This document shows positions 48,814 to 58,596 of a stretch of DNA of 64,000 nucleotides, in pieces; positions within the stretch are counted from its first letter, which is position 1; each line of letters opens with the position of its first letter. Both the position numbers and the translations under genes were made by a program. The DNA is from Candidatus Bathyarchaeota archaeon (GTDB taxonomy: Archaea; Thermoproteota; Bathyarchaeia; Bathyarchaeales; Bathycorpusculaceae): contig CAWEPZ010000011.1 of the NCBI GenBank assembly GCA_963811105.1, positions 1,184,001 through 1,248,000 on the forward strand, given 5' to 3'. The notes under the pieces were generated by a model that saw nothing but the letters and a program-made list of their open reading frames with translations, was not told the origin of the DNA and did not search any database.

Positions 48814-49544
48814 CTAAACTTCAGCTGTTTCCTTTAATTATCAATTTTTCCGCATATTCGCTGATCCATTGAATACAGCGGGTTAGTAATTGACCCGAGT
48901 ATGCTTTGTGGTTTCAAATTTGAAATAATTGACACATTGGAGAATAAATCTATAATCCTTCAATGTCCCTCTGAAATGCATGAGATGATATAGTTAATTC
49001 GAACTGTAGGCCGCTATGCCTCTCTTGATCTAGCGAGCAAATGACAATCTAATCTGTTCTTCAAGCAAGTGTATCTAAACTGTCGTTGATTGCTGGCAAA
49101 AAACGTTCGAAAGGATGATAGTGTTTATGATTGCGCGCAGTCAACATGGGCTTCCTGTAGTTGGAGAAATCCTGGGACCTTCTATGCACAGTTATTTTGT
49201 TCAGGGCTGGACAAGAGGGGAGCCATTGGGGTCCACTCATGCCGGTAGGCTAGAATCATCGAAATGCACTGCTTTTGATTGATACCAAGGATTAATGCTT
49301 TAGGCTTTCAACTTGCAAATGGCAAAATCTCAAGCAATGATGAAGCGAAACGCTTACAGCTGACCTATTTGATGATCCCGGTTCTCTGTTGCCAGAGGTA
49401 GGCGGTCCAAACGGTATCACCTTAAAGACAGATGGGTGAGTTTGAACCGTCAAAGTTAAGTGCTGAAGATATGAAGTACACAACAATCCAACAGGTTCTG
49501 CAGAAACTGCAAAAGCGCCATGCACCACTTGCAAGAAACTAGAT

Positions 49545-50111
49545 TTATTCGGTGTAAACAGGTTGGTCGGCTAATTTAGCCAAGGCTATGTATCGTTGCT
49601 GAACAATTTCATGTAGCTGGTTGCGTAATTCCTCTCCAACCACTACATTTCTTTGCTTTAACAATCCAATCTTTTTGACTAATTCAATGTCACCAATTCC
49701 GTTAATCCACACTTCGAAGTCTCCGCGTTTTGTATGGAACTCTATCGACGCAAGGTCGGCTTTTGTAAGTTTGTTCGCAAAATCTCGAATGTTATGGGCG
49801 TGCAAATTTAGTGGTTTGCCAACATCCAAGTAGAATTGGAATGCTTTGTCATGCGGCGCATAAGCTAGTATAGCTGTTGCTTTTTCCTTGGTTGTCTCAG
49901 GTATACCGAGAGCGGTTTTTCCTTTTTCAGCAATAATGTATTGCCCTTTTTCAGGTGAACTGACATATCCCATGCGGATGAGCCCCAAAAGATGCATCAT
50001 GACTTGAGGAAACTCTTTTTTGGTTTCCTTTGCGATTTCCATGGCTCTCAGTGGTTTTTCGTTAAGAAGCATTGATTCTAGTATCTCTTGTTTGAGAGGT
50101 GATAAACTCAT
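49545..50111 (-). CDS. wHTH-DUF5752 fusion protein
   Basis: N-terminal wHTH; AFQFY...G...SIEFH..RGDFE.WI..IGD.EL DUF5752 pattern. Confidence 0.75.
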   Translation of the reverse strand: MSLSPLKQEILESMLLNEKPLRAMEIAKETKKEFPQVMMHLLGLIRMGYVSSPEKGQYIIAEKGKTALGIPETTKEKATAILAYAPHDKAFQFYLDVGKPLNLHAHNIRDFANKLTKADLASIEFHTKRGDFEVWINGIGDIELVKKIGLLKQRNVVVGEELRNQLHEIVQQRYIALAKLADQPVYTE

Positions 50112-50266
50112 TTTCGGTACCATGCCTGCTAGTGCTATGCAATACCATCTAATCAAACTTTGCTTAAATTTCGAATTTTTTTAGGTTTTCAAGTTGTAAT
50201 GTTCAGATAAGTAAAGCTTTAGTATTGATATTCCTAATGCTAATGGTAAATTGGTGATTGCTTAGC

Positions 50267-51517
50267 ATGAAACTGGCTGTTTTCGTTTACGAGTATCCGC
50301 CTAAAATTGTTGGCGGATTAGGAACTTATGCTGCCGAGATAACAAGAAAGTTTGTTTTGGACGACCATGATGTAACTGTTTTTACTATGAATGATGATGC
50401 AGGTTCGTTGCCTACTAGAGAAATTTGGCGTGGAATAGAAATTCATCGGCCACTACACATCGACATTTCAGATTCGCTTCCAGATGTTATTGCGGAAGAC
50501 ATCAAGAAATGGGGTAGAGGCTTGCATTTTTTTGGCAAGCTTATGGTTTATAATTATTTATCAGCTGCTAAATTGATTAATGAATTAATTAAGAAAGAAG
50601 GCATGAAATACGACATAGTTGTTGCCCATGATTGGCTTTCAGCAATGGGCGGAATTACTGTGAAAAGAGAAACTGGTTTGCCCTTGGCTTTTCATGTTCA
50701 TTCAACTGAGAAGGGTCGAACCTTAGGAAATGGTTCAAGCGTCGTTAGCAACATTGAATTGCGTGCGGGTAAAATGGCGGATTTGGTTGTTACGGTATCG
50801 TACGCTATGAAAGATGAACTTATTCAGCTTGGTTTCCCGAGAGAAAAGATTCAAGTCAGCTATAATGGTGTTGACCCGCAAAAATATAATCCTGAAAACG
50901 TGTCTCCCGAGGACATTAAACGAGTTAGGAACAAGTACGGCATCGGCGACGATGAATTGTTGATTCTTTTCTTAGGCAGACTCGTAGGCGTCAAAGGTGT
51001 TGATAAACTCATAATGGCAATGCCTCATATTCTAACAAAGATTCCTAAAGCAAAGCTGGTAGTTGTAGGTGTAGGCGAACTTCAAGAATACATGACAAAC
51101 CTAACCAGAACAATGCGCCTTGACCAATACGTAAAATTCTGTTTCGACTTCATCCCAGAAGAAGAACGAATAAGACATTACGCTTCATGTGACCTAGCAG
51201 TTTTTCCAAGCTACTATGAACCCTTTGGCATAGTTGCTCTGGAAGCAATGGCAATGGAGAAGCCAGTTGTCGTTGGCGCAACCGGCGTTAGCGGAATGCG
51301 TGAAATCGTTATTTGTTGTGGTGAAGAGCAATGCGGCTTCCACGTAGACCCGAATAATCCTTCTGATATTGCGTGGGGAGTCATTAGTGCTTTAGAAAGT
51401 CCTGAGATAAGAAAGAGGCTTGGCAAAAATGGACGGAAGCGTGTGTTAGCTGAGTTTACTTGGACTAGAATTGCCAAAAAAACTGTTGCGCTTTACGAGA
51501 CCATAGTGAAACGTTGA
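50267..51517 (+). CDS. Glycosyltransferase family 4 (glycogen synthase-like)
   Basis: [31 protein letters not shown]. Confidence 0.92.
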   Translation: MKLAVFVYEYPPKIVGGLGTYAAEITRKFVLDDHDVTVFTMNDDAGSLPTREIWRGIEIHRPLHIDISDSLPDVIAEDIKKWGRGLHFFGKLMVYNYLSAAKLINELIKKEGMKYDIVVAHDWLSAMGGITVKRETGLPLAFHVHSTEKGRTLGNGSSVVSNIELRAGKMADLVVTVSYAMKDELIQLGFPREKIQVSYNGVDPQKYNPENVSPEDIKRVRNKYGIGDDELLILFLGRLVGVKGVDKLIMAMPHILTKIPKAKLVVVGVGELQEYMTNLTRTMRLDQYVKFCFDFIPEEERIRHYASCDLAVFPSYYEPFGIVALEAMAMEKPVVVGATGVSGMREIVICCGEEQCGFHVDPNNPSDIAWGVISALESPEIRKRLGKNGRKRVLAEFTWTRIAKKTVALYETIVKR

Positions 51518-51535
51518 TAATAGTGCTGGTGACTC

Positions 51536-52144
51536 TTGACAGCTGACTTAAGTTATAGAGTCGTTAGGGAAGCAGCTACTTTACTTTATTTTGGAGCTGA
51601 AAAAGAATACAAACAAGCTAAAGTAAAAGCTGCAGAAACTTTGGGTACTCATTTTTTGCCTTCCAATCTTGATGTTGCTCTTGAACTGGATAAAATAGCT
51701 GAAGAGAACGAAGGGCCACAGAGAAAAGAGCGATTAGTTCAAATGCGAAATGAAGCCCTAGAAATAATGAAACTTTTAGACGCTTATTACCCTGTTTTAA
51801 TTGGGAGCGTTTGGCGGGGAACAATTAGGCATGGAAGCGATATTGACATCGCCGTCTACATAGATGAGCCAGAAGAAATTGTGAGAATTCTCAAAGCCCA
51901 AGAAATAAAGGTTTCAAAAACGGCTTGGACAAAAGTTAACAAACGTGGATTGACTTCGGCGTCGTTTCATATTTACGCGGAGACTTCAGCTAAATTTGGA
52001 CTTGAGATTGTTGCTCGCAGTTCTGAAGAAGCAGGCAAAAAGAGGAAGTGCGAAATTTTTGGCGATGAAATGAAGGGCTTAAGAGCTCAGGAGCTCGAAA
52101 AAGTTCTTAAAACTAACCCGACAAAACAGTTTCTCCCAACTTAA
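51536..52144 (+). CDS. Nucleotidyltransferase-domain protein (COG2413-like)
   Basis: GSVWRG....SDIDI. Confidence 0.8.
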   Translation: MTADLSYRVVREAATLLYFGAEKEYKQAKVKAAETLGTHFLPSNLDVALELDKIAEENEGPQRKERLVQMRNEALEIMKLLDAYYPVLIGSVWRGTIRHGSDIDIAVYIDEPEEIVRILKAQEIKVSKTAWTKVNKRGLTSASFHIYAETSAKFGLEIVARSSEEAGKKRKCEIFGDEMKGLRAQELEKVLKTNPTKQFLPT

Positions 52145-52225
52145 TTATCAATAAACCTTGTTTTTCCATCAAAAAAGCAGATAAATAACCGTTCAATATT
52201 TATTTCTTAAACAAATTGATGTAAA

Positions 52226-52621
52226 ATGGCAACGGATAGGAAAACGCTAAAGAAAATGTTCCCACATCTTTATAAGGAACTTGAAACAAGCGAGAATAAA
52301 GTCCCAATTAATGCAGTACGTAAAGACTCGCTTGAAGCTGAGGAAGCTGCTGAGTGCGAAGAGTGTGAGGAAGAGAAGTTAGCTTCCTGCAATGAAACGT
52401 CTGATAAGCTTCGCCACTTTAGCCCCTCCGCCGTAGATTTCATTCGTCGCTGTGACACAGAAACGCAAGCTGAAGAGATAATTGCTTTTTTGCAGAAGAA
52501 GGGTGAAGTAACCAATGAGTATGCTGAGGAACTGCGGTGCCAGCTTAAACGTGGTGGAGTAAGATGCTTTGGCCCTAAGAAAGAAGAATACTATTACTTT
52601 AGAGAAGGCGGAATTTTCTAA
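52226..52621 (+). CDS. DUF2095 family protein
   Basis: FPHL..EL, P.AVDFIRRC.T...A.EII, G.R.FG.KK. Confidence 0.85.
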   Translation: MATDRKTLKKMFPHLYKELETSENKVPINAVRKDSLEAEEAAECEECEEEKLASCNETSDKLRHFSPSAVDFIRRCDTETQAEEIIAFLQKKGEVTNEYAEELRCQLKRGGVRCFGPKKEEYYYFREGGIF

Positions 52622-52816
52622 GTAACAAGCGTCTTTAAACAACTAAAAAATAATTCTGTAAAGGGTATGCTGCCAAAGGTTCCCGCAATTAAATTGTTAA
52701 TACAATCTTTTTGAGCACTATATACGTGGACTACCTATTGGTTTGCATTGATTTGTGTCGGAAAAACTAATAAGGATAAAGCTTGTTGTAGAAAAACGGA
52801 AAACATTGGTGATATT

Positions 52817-53836
52817 ATGGCAATAAAAGTAGGAATTAACGGATTCGGAAGGATCGGAAGACTTCTTTACCGTGCAGCACTTGAACGGAATGCAAAGATT
52901 GATTTCGTAGCAATCAACGATCTTGCAGATGCCAAGACAAATGCTCACCTTCTTAAGTATGATTCAATCCACGGGCATTTCCCCGGCAAAGTCGAAGTTA
53001 GCGGCAACGACATTATCGTCAACGGAAAAACCCTCAAATGTCTCAGTGTAAGAGACCCAGCAGCACTGCCATGGAAAGACCTTGGAGTTTACTTAGCGGT
53101 AGAATCCACGGGCTTATTTACTAACCGTGAAGGTGCAAGCAAACATTTCCAAGCTGGAGCAAAGAAAGTCCTCATCAGCGCACCAGCAGAAAACCCAGAT
53201 GCAACCTTTGTGTTAGGCGTAAACGAAAAATCATATGACCCAGAAAAACACAATATCCTTAGCAATGCTTCATGCACAACAAACTGCCTAGCACCAATCA
53301 GCAAGGTATTATCTGATAACTTTGGCTTAGAAAAAGGCTTCATGACAACGTGCCACAGCTACACAAACGACCAAAAAATCCAAGACATTGTCCACAAAGA
53401 CCCTCGCAGAGCAAGAGCGGCAGCAATCAACATTATCCCAACAAGCACAGGCGCAGCAAAAGCAATCGGCTTAGTTTTGCCAAGTTGCGCTGGAAAAATG
53501 AATGGATATTCATTGCGTGTACCTACACCAGATGTATCCATTGTTGATTTAACCGCTATATTAGGCAAAGAAGTCACCAAAGACGAAATTAACGAAGCTA
53601 TGAAGAAAGCCGCAGCAGGCCCGCTTAAAGGCATTCTAGAATATACTGAAGACCCAATCGTTTCAACTGACGTACTACACAGCACTTACTCAGCAGTATT
53701 CGATGCTCAATTAACCATGGTTTTAGGTGAAAAAGGCAACTTCGTCAAAGTCTTCGCATGGTACGATAACGAATGGGGCTTTAGCAACCGCATGGTTGAC
53801 TTCATCGAAATGGTCGGCAAGAAAGCAGGATTTTGA
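52817..53836 (+). CDS. gap: Type I (bacterial-type) glyceraldehyde-3-phosphate dehydrogenase
   Basis: [28 protein letters not shown]. Confidence 0.97.
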   Translation: MAIKVGINGFGRIGRLLYRAALERNAKIDFVAINDLADAKTNAHLLKYDSIHGHFPGKVEVSGNDIIVNGKTLKCLSVRDPAALPWKDLGVYLAVESTGLFTNREGASKHFQAGAKKVLISAPAENPDATFVLGVNEKSYDPEKHNILSNASCTTNCLAPISKVLSDNFGLEKGFMTTCHSYTNDQKIQDIVHKDPRRARAAAINIIPTSTGAAKAIGLVLPSCAGKMNGYSLRVPTPDVSIVDLTAILGKEVTKDEINEAMKKAAAGPLKGILEYTEDPIVSTDVLHSTYSAVFDAQLTMVLGEKGNFVKVFAWYDNEWGFSNRMVDFIEMVGKKAGF

Positions 53837-53902
53837 GCCAGCAAACAAACTTAAATCCTTCCTATCTTTTCTTTTTTGATTTAAACGCACGAAGTGAAGA
53901 TA

Positions 53903-55135
53903 ATGGCCAAATACAAAACTTTGGATGATTTTCAAGTTAAAGATAAAGTTGTCCTTGTCAGAGTAGATTTCAACTCAGAAATAGATCCCGTAACAAAAAA
54001 AGTAACAAGCGACGTACGCATTAAAGCACATGCAGAATCAACACTTAAAGAACTAGCTGAAAAAGGAGCAAAAATCGTTGTGTTGGCTCATCAAGGACGC
54101 AAAGGAGACCCAGATTATACCCCTCTGAAAGAACACGCAGCAATATTAGGCAGAATTCTCAAATGCCCAGTAAAATACGTTGATGACCTTTTTGGTGAAA
54201 AAGCAAAAACCGCCATCAAGAACCTTAAAGGCGGAGAAATTCTTGTTCTTGAAAACGTGCGTTCCTGGGATGGAGAAACCAAAAGTGGCACACCAGAACA
54301 ACACAGTAAAACAGAGCTTGTCCAAAACCTCGCACCCCTTGCAGACTTGTTTGTTAACGATGCTTTTGCCGCAGCTCACCGTGGACATGTCTCAATGGTT
54401 GGGTTCACCGCAGTATTGCCAAGCGCTGCCGGACGCATTATGGAGAGAGAACTGAAATGCCTCGGCAAAGCATTGGAGAAGCCTGAGAAACCCTCAGTTT
54501 ATGTTATGGGCGGAGCAAAAGCAGATGATAGCCTTGAAATTAGCAAGTACGTTTTAGGCAACGGCATAGCAGATCACGTGCTGGTTGGCGGTGTAACCTC
54601 ACAGTTATTCCTTGCAGCTAAAGGCGTCGATTTAGGTAAGAAAAACATGGATTTTCTAGCAAAGAAAGAGTTAACAGGCTTAATTCCAGGCATAAAAGCG
54701 CTCTTGGAACAGTACGGCGATAAGGTTGTTTTGCCAGTAGATGTCGCATTAGACGTGAACGGTAAACGCAAAGAAATCCCAGTAAGCAAGTTACCGACGG
54801 AATACTCAATCTTTGACCTAGGCGCAACAACCGTCGAAAACTATTCAAAACTCATCTTAAGCGCTAAATCAATCGTTGTCAGCGGACCAATGGGAGTTTA
54901 CGAAAACAAAGAATTCAACTACGGAACCAAAAAAGTCTTCGAAGCCATCGCAAATAGCAAAGCCTTCAGCCTCGCAGGCGGCGGAAACACCATTGCAGCC
55001 ATACAAGAATACGGCTTAACTAAAAAAATCGGCTACATAAGCACGGCAGGCGGAGCACTCATCGAATTCCTGATGGGGAAGAAGCTTCCAGGCGTTGTGG
55101 CACTGGAAACGGCGACAAAAACAAAGAAGATCTAA
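53903..55135 (+). CDS. pgk: Phosphoglycerate kinase
   Basis: RVDFN, AHQGR, LENVR, NDAFAAAHR, STAGGA. Confidence 0.97.
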   Translation: MAKYKTLDDFQVKDKVVLVRVDFNSEIDPVTKKVTSDVRIKAHAESTLKELAEKGAKIVVLAHQGRKGDPDYTPLKEHAAILGRILKCPVKYVDDLFGEKAKTAIKNLKGGEILVLENVRSWDGETKSGTPEQHSKTELVQNLAPLADLFVNDAFAAAHRGHVSMVGFTAVLPSAAGRIMERELKCLGKALEKPEKPSVYVMGGAKADDSLEISKYVLGNGIADHVLVGGVTSQLFLAAKGVDLGKKNMDFLAKKELTGLIPGIKALLEQYGDKVVLPVDVALDVNGKRKEIPVSKLPTEYSIFDLGATTVENYSKLILSAKSIVVSGPMGVYENKEFNYGTKKVFEAIANSKAFSLAGGGNTIAAIQEYGLTKKIGYISTAGGALIEFLMGKKLPGVVALETATKTKKI

Positions 55136-55156
55136 TTTTCTTTTTATTTTTGAGAC

Positions 55157-55903
55157 TTATTCTTTTTGTGAATTTGTAATTTCAGCGAAGTCTTTACAGA
55201 TTATCTTAAGGTCTCCTGCAATAATATCGGGTTTCTGCCGGCTGTTAATAAGGTCTTTTACCGTGTTAAATTGTGATGGAACGAACACTGTTTTTAGCCC
55301 TGCATCTTTGGCACCTTTGATATCTTCGATTGGGCTGTCGCCAATGTAAACCGCCTGGTTAGCTGTGACACCCAATTTATTTAGGGCTTCTTGGAATATG
55401 TGTCTGCTTGGTTTTCGCCAACCCACTTCTTCCGAAACCACAATCACGTTAAAACAATCGTTTATTCCCAGTTGTCTAAGGCTCTTGTAGATGACTGGTG
55501 CATGAGTAAAGTTTGAAATTAACCCCACTTTAAATTGCTGCCTAGCTTGCTTGGTTAGTTTTTTTGCTCCTACTCGCAGCTCCAAAGTATCAACATAGTC
55601 TTTGAAGAAAACGTTCAACGCCGCTTTAATTCTGGGATCATCAGCCGCCACCTTAAAGCCCAGGTTCCATAATGCTTCTGACACCCAAACCGCGTTAGTT
55701 ACTTCTTTTAGCTGTTCATACCGTACTTTGCGGTATTTCTCATGCGCCACAATATAGGCTTCCAAAAACTTGTCCTTGGCAACCTCAAAGCCTTCAACAG
55801 CCAATGCCGCGAGAAGTTTTTCTCTTGAAGCTTCCATGGTGTAGTTTCCGCAGTTCACAAGTGTACCGATATAATCGAATATTACCGCTTTAGCGCAAGT
55901 CAT
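55157..55903 (-). CDS. HAD-superfamily hydrolase
   Basis: FDYIGTL, ISN, KP, IGDS..EDI.GA. Confidence 0.88.
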   Translation of the reverse strand: MTCAKAVIFDYIGTLVNCGNYTMEASREKLLAALAVEGFEVAKDKFLEAYIVAHEKYRKVRYEQLKEVTNAVWVSEALWNLGFKVAADDPRIKAALNVFFKDYVDTLELRVGAKKLTKQARQQFKVGLISNFTHAPVIYKSLRQLGINDCFNVIVVSEEVGWRKPSRHIFQEALNKLGVTANQAVYIGDSPIEDIKGAKDAGLKTVFVPSQFNTVKDLINSRQKPDIIAGDLKIICKDFAEITNSQKE

Positions 55904-55906
55904 CTA

Positions 55907-56650
55907 TTACTCTCTCTTTTCCGCCAAAATCACGCATGTTGCTATTTGACCGATTCTTTTTCCAAGAGCCGTCTTGAGTAGTTTGGCTTCGTTGCCAATT
56001 GCGCTTTCTACCTTTGGGTCATAGGGAATTTCGCCAAGGTACTTTAGCCCCAACTTCACTGTTTCTTCTGCGACGTCTTTTGCCTTGTCCATTTTCATGT
56101 TTTCCACTATACCAATAATTGGCATCTTAAGTTCGCACAGCAGCGCTACCTGTTTTTTGACGGTTTCAAACGCCAGCAGCGAAGACGTCGTAACAATTAG
56201 GAATTCTATGCGTTTAATGAGCCTTACCAAATCGAGAACTGCATCGCCGATGCCTGGCGGCATGTCAACTACGAGAAAATCAAGGGTACTCCACTGGGTT
56301 ATTGTTAGGAGCTCAATTAGAGCGTTTGAAGTGTCGACTCCGCGCAGAGGCGCTGGGTTATCGCCGACGAAGTAAACAAGGCTCATGTATTCTAAGCCGT
56401 TGACCGTAGGCGGAATTATACCTTTATCTTCTTTGGGCTGGGTGTTTTTGGCACCGAGAATCATGTGGGTTGATGGACTTGTGAAATCAAGATCAAACAA
56501 GCCTACTTTGCAGCCATTGTGCATAAGAGCTAACGCGAGGGAGGTTGCAACCATGCTTTTTCCAACACCACCTTTGCCGCTTGAAACAGCAATAATTCGT
56601 CTTATTCGGCTTAAACGCTCGTTAATTATGCTTGTCCGTGGGTCAACCAC
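55907..56650 (-). CDS. Mrp/NBP35-family P-loop ATPase
   Basis: SGKGGVGKS, DMPPGIGD, VENM. Confidence 0.92.
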   Translation of the reverse strand: MVDPRTSIINERLSRIRRIIAVSSGKGGVGKSMVATSLALALMHNGCKVGLFDLDFTSPSTHMILGAKNTQPKEDKGIIPPTVNGLEYMSLVYFVGDNPAPLRGVDTSNALIELLTITQWSTLDFLVVDMPPGIGDAVLDLVRLIKRIEFLIVTTSSLLAFETVKKQVALLCELKMPIIGIVENMKMDKAKDVAEETVKLGLKYLGEIPYDPKVESAIGNEAKLLKTALGKRIGQIATCVILAEKRE

Positions 56651-56652
56651 AT

Positions 56653-57051
56653 TTATTTGGCTCCTTTTATGTTCTCAAGCCAAACCCCTCGTCCATTAAC
56701 GATTTCAAAATCAGGGCTGCAGCATTTAGGGCACTTAACAAAAGTGTGCGCTACTTCTGGAACAAAATGTATAGCCTCAGCCGTGGCTTTATCAAGCTTT
56801 TTCGGGTTAAACTGCCAAGTGGTTCCGCAAACTCTGCACTTGAGAGAAGACTTAGCCTTCAAAATTCGGAATCTAGTTCCTTTATAGGCATCGGTTTTCA
56901 TTTGCAAAAGAGCAAACCGCAAAATTTGAGGCTCAACTTGTTGAAGCTCCCCAATCCTAATCGTGACCTCTATAACTTCCTTCAATTTCTCTTTTTCAGC
57001 AATCTCTTTCGCTGAGGCGAGAATTGCTTCAGCTAGTGCCCATTCATGCAT
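56653..57051 (-). CDS. hypA: Hydrogenase maturation nickel metallochaperone HypA
   Basis: MHE N-terminus, CRVC and CPKC. Confidence 0.95.
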   Translation of the reverse strand: MHEWALAEAILASAKEIAEKEKLKEVIEVTIRIGELQQVEPQILRFALLQMKTDAYKGTRFRILKAKSSLKCRVCGTTWQFNPKKLDKATAEAIHFVPEVAHTFVKCPKCCSPDFEIVNGRGVWLENIKGAK

Positions 57052-57425
57052 AAACTAACCTAACTTTAAGCGTCTTTAAAAGAATATTGTGGCAAAATAA
57101 CAATTTGACGAAAAAATAATCAGTATATGCTAAAATAGTAATACAAAAGCAGAGGAACATGAATGAGAGGCATAACTAAACCTTATGGTAAAAAAATAAA
57201 TGGTACAGAGCCAGTAAGATTCCAAAAATGCGGAACCCCTTAGGATATGTTACTGTTTTATCAAATGGATTGACATCTTTTCAGCAACCAATCCAGAATG
57301 TTAACATAATTGCTATCTGCATGGAATGTGCTTATAAGAAAAAATATATGCTGATAAAACTCTGGATAGCGGGTGAACACTAGCTTTAAATCTGCTACAT
57401 TGCTTGGAATAATAGGGAAATTTCT

Positions 57426-57983
57426 ATAGAAAAGCAATTCAAAATTCTCGCTTTTGCTGGAAGCCTAAGAAAAAACTCATTCAACAAAGCCTTGGTTCGG
57501 GCTGCCGTTGAACTCGCGCCAAAAGACGTCTTGATAGAGATTTTTGATTTGGAAGGAATCCCTCCCTTCAATCAAGACCTTGAAAACACTCCTCCGCAAA
57601 GAGTAGTTGATTTCAAAGAGAAAATCAGAGACGCCGACGCCCTTTTGATTGCTACCCCAGAATACAACTATTCAATTCCCGGAGTTTTGAAGAACGCCAT
57701 TGACTGGTCTTCAAGGCCAAAACAAGGCAATCCTCTTGCAGGCAAAACAGTTGCCATAATGAGTGCATCCTCTGGAAGGTTTGGCGGAGCCAGAGCACAA
57801 TATCACCTGCGACAATCTTTCGTGTTTCTAAACATTCACCCAATTAACCAGCCTGAAGTCATGTTATCTGCTGCGGGTGAGAATATTGACAGTAACGGAA
57901 GGTTGACAAACCAACAAACACGGACACTTATTTCACAACTTCTTGAAGCTTTGGTGGGGTGGACTTATAGACTAAAAGTATAG
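57426..57983 (+). CDS. NADPH-dependent FMN reductase (apparent non-canonical ATA start)
   Basis: AGSLRKNSFN FMN motif lies upstream of the track's TTG; TPEYNYSIPGVLKNAIDW, GGARAQ. Confidence 0.88.
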   Translation: MEKQFKILAFAGSLRKNSFNKALVRAAVELAPKDVLIEIFDLEGIPPFNQDLENTPPQRVVDFKEKIRDADALLIATPEYNYSIPGVLKNAIDWSSRPKQGNPLAGKTVAIMSASSGRFGGARAQYHLRQSFVFLNIHPINQPEVMLSAAGENIDSNGRLTNQQTRTLISQLLEALVGWTYRLKV

Positions 57984-58596
57984 CACAATATAATTATGAA
58001 TTAGGGTTTTGTATTCTAACCAGATTTCAAGAGCTTTGAAATGGTTAAGAAGCACGTTAACCGTTAGGCGTTGAGCTTTGAGAGTCAGAGCTGACCTTTA
58101 GTTCCCCATGCGCTCATCTTGCAGCTTATTAAATGATAGACCAGGAAAACCCATTACTCCTTACTACTGAGGATCTTCTGAAAGAAAAGACAAATTAAGG
58201 AAAGATATTAACGATTTACTGAGCTGGACTTCACTACATCGCTCACTGAGAGTTTTACCTGCGACCTAGTGAATACTTTTTCAACAGTCGCATATGGTTT
58301 GCCTAAATATTTTTTCAAGGATAAAGTCTGAAGGATATACTTATCGGATGAATATGATATTTAATTAGGGCAACTTCAGATTTGATTATCGACAGAACTG
58401 CCACGATTGGAGATTATCATTCAAGCACGGGTTTAAAATCTATCTCAAATATCGGGGTATGTTGATTATGAATGCTGTAAAAACGCTAAATAACCCAACT
58501 CTTAAAAGCTTAAGCCTCCGAAATAGAACGCCTAAAGAACAATAGCTAAACTATCCATTCGGTTTAAGCTTGAGTATAAAGAGGAAAGTGATCTAA

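Noticed and set aside
49292-49534. ORF with VHGAFAV...PVGLL faintly like an IS4 transposase segment
   Set aside because: Too short, no DDE context and no terminal inverted repeats seen
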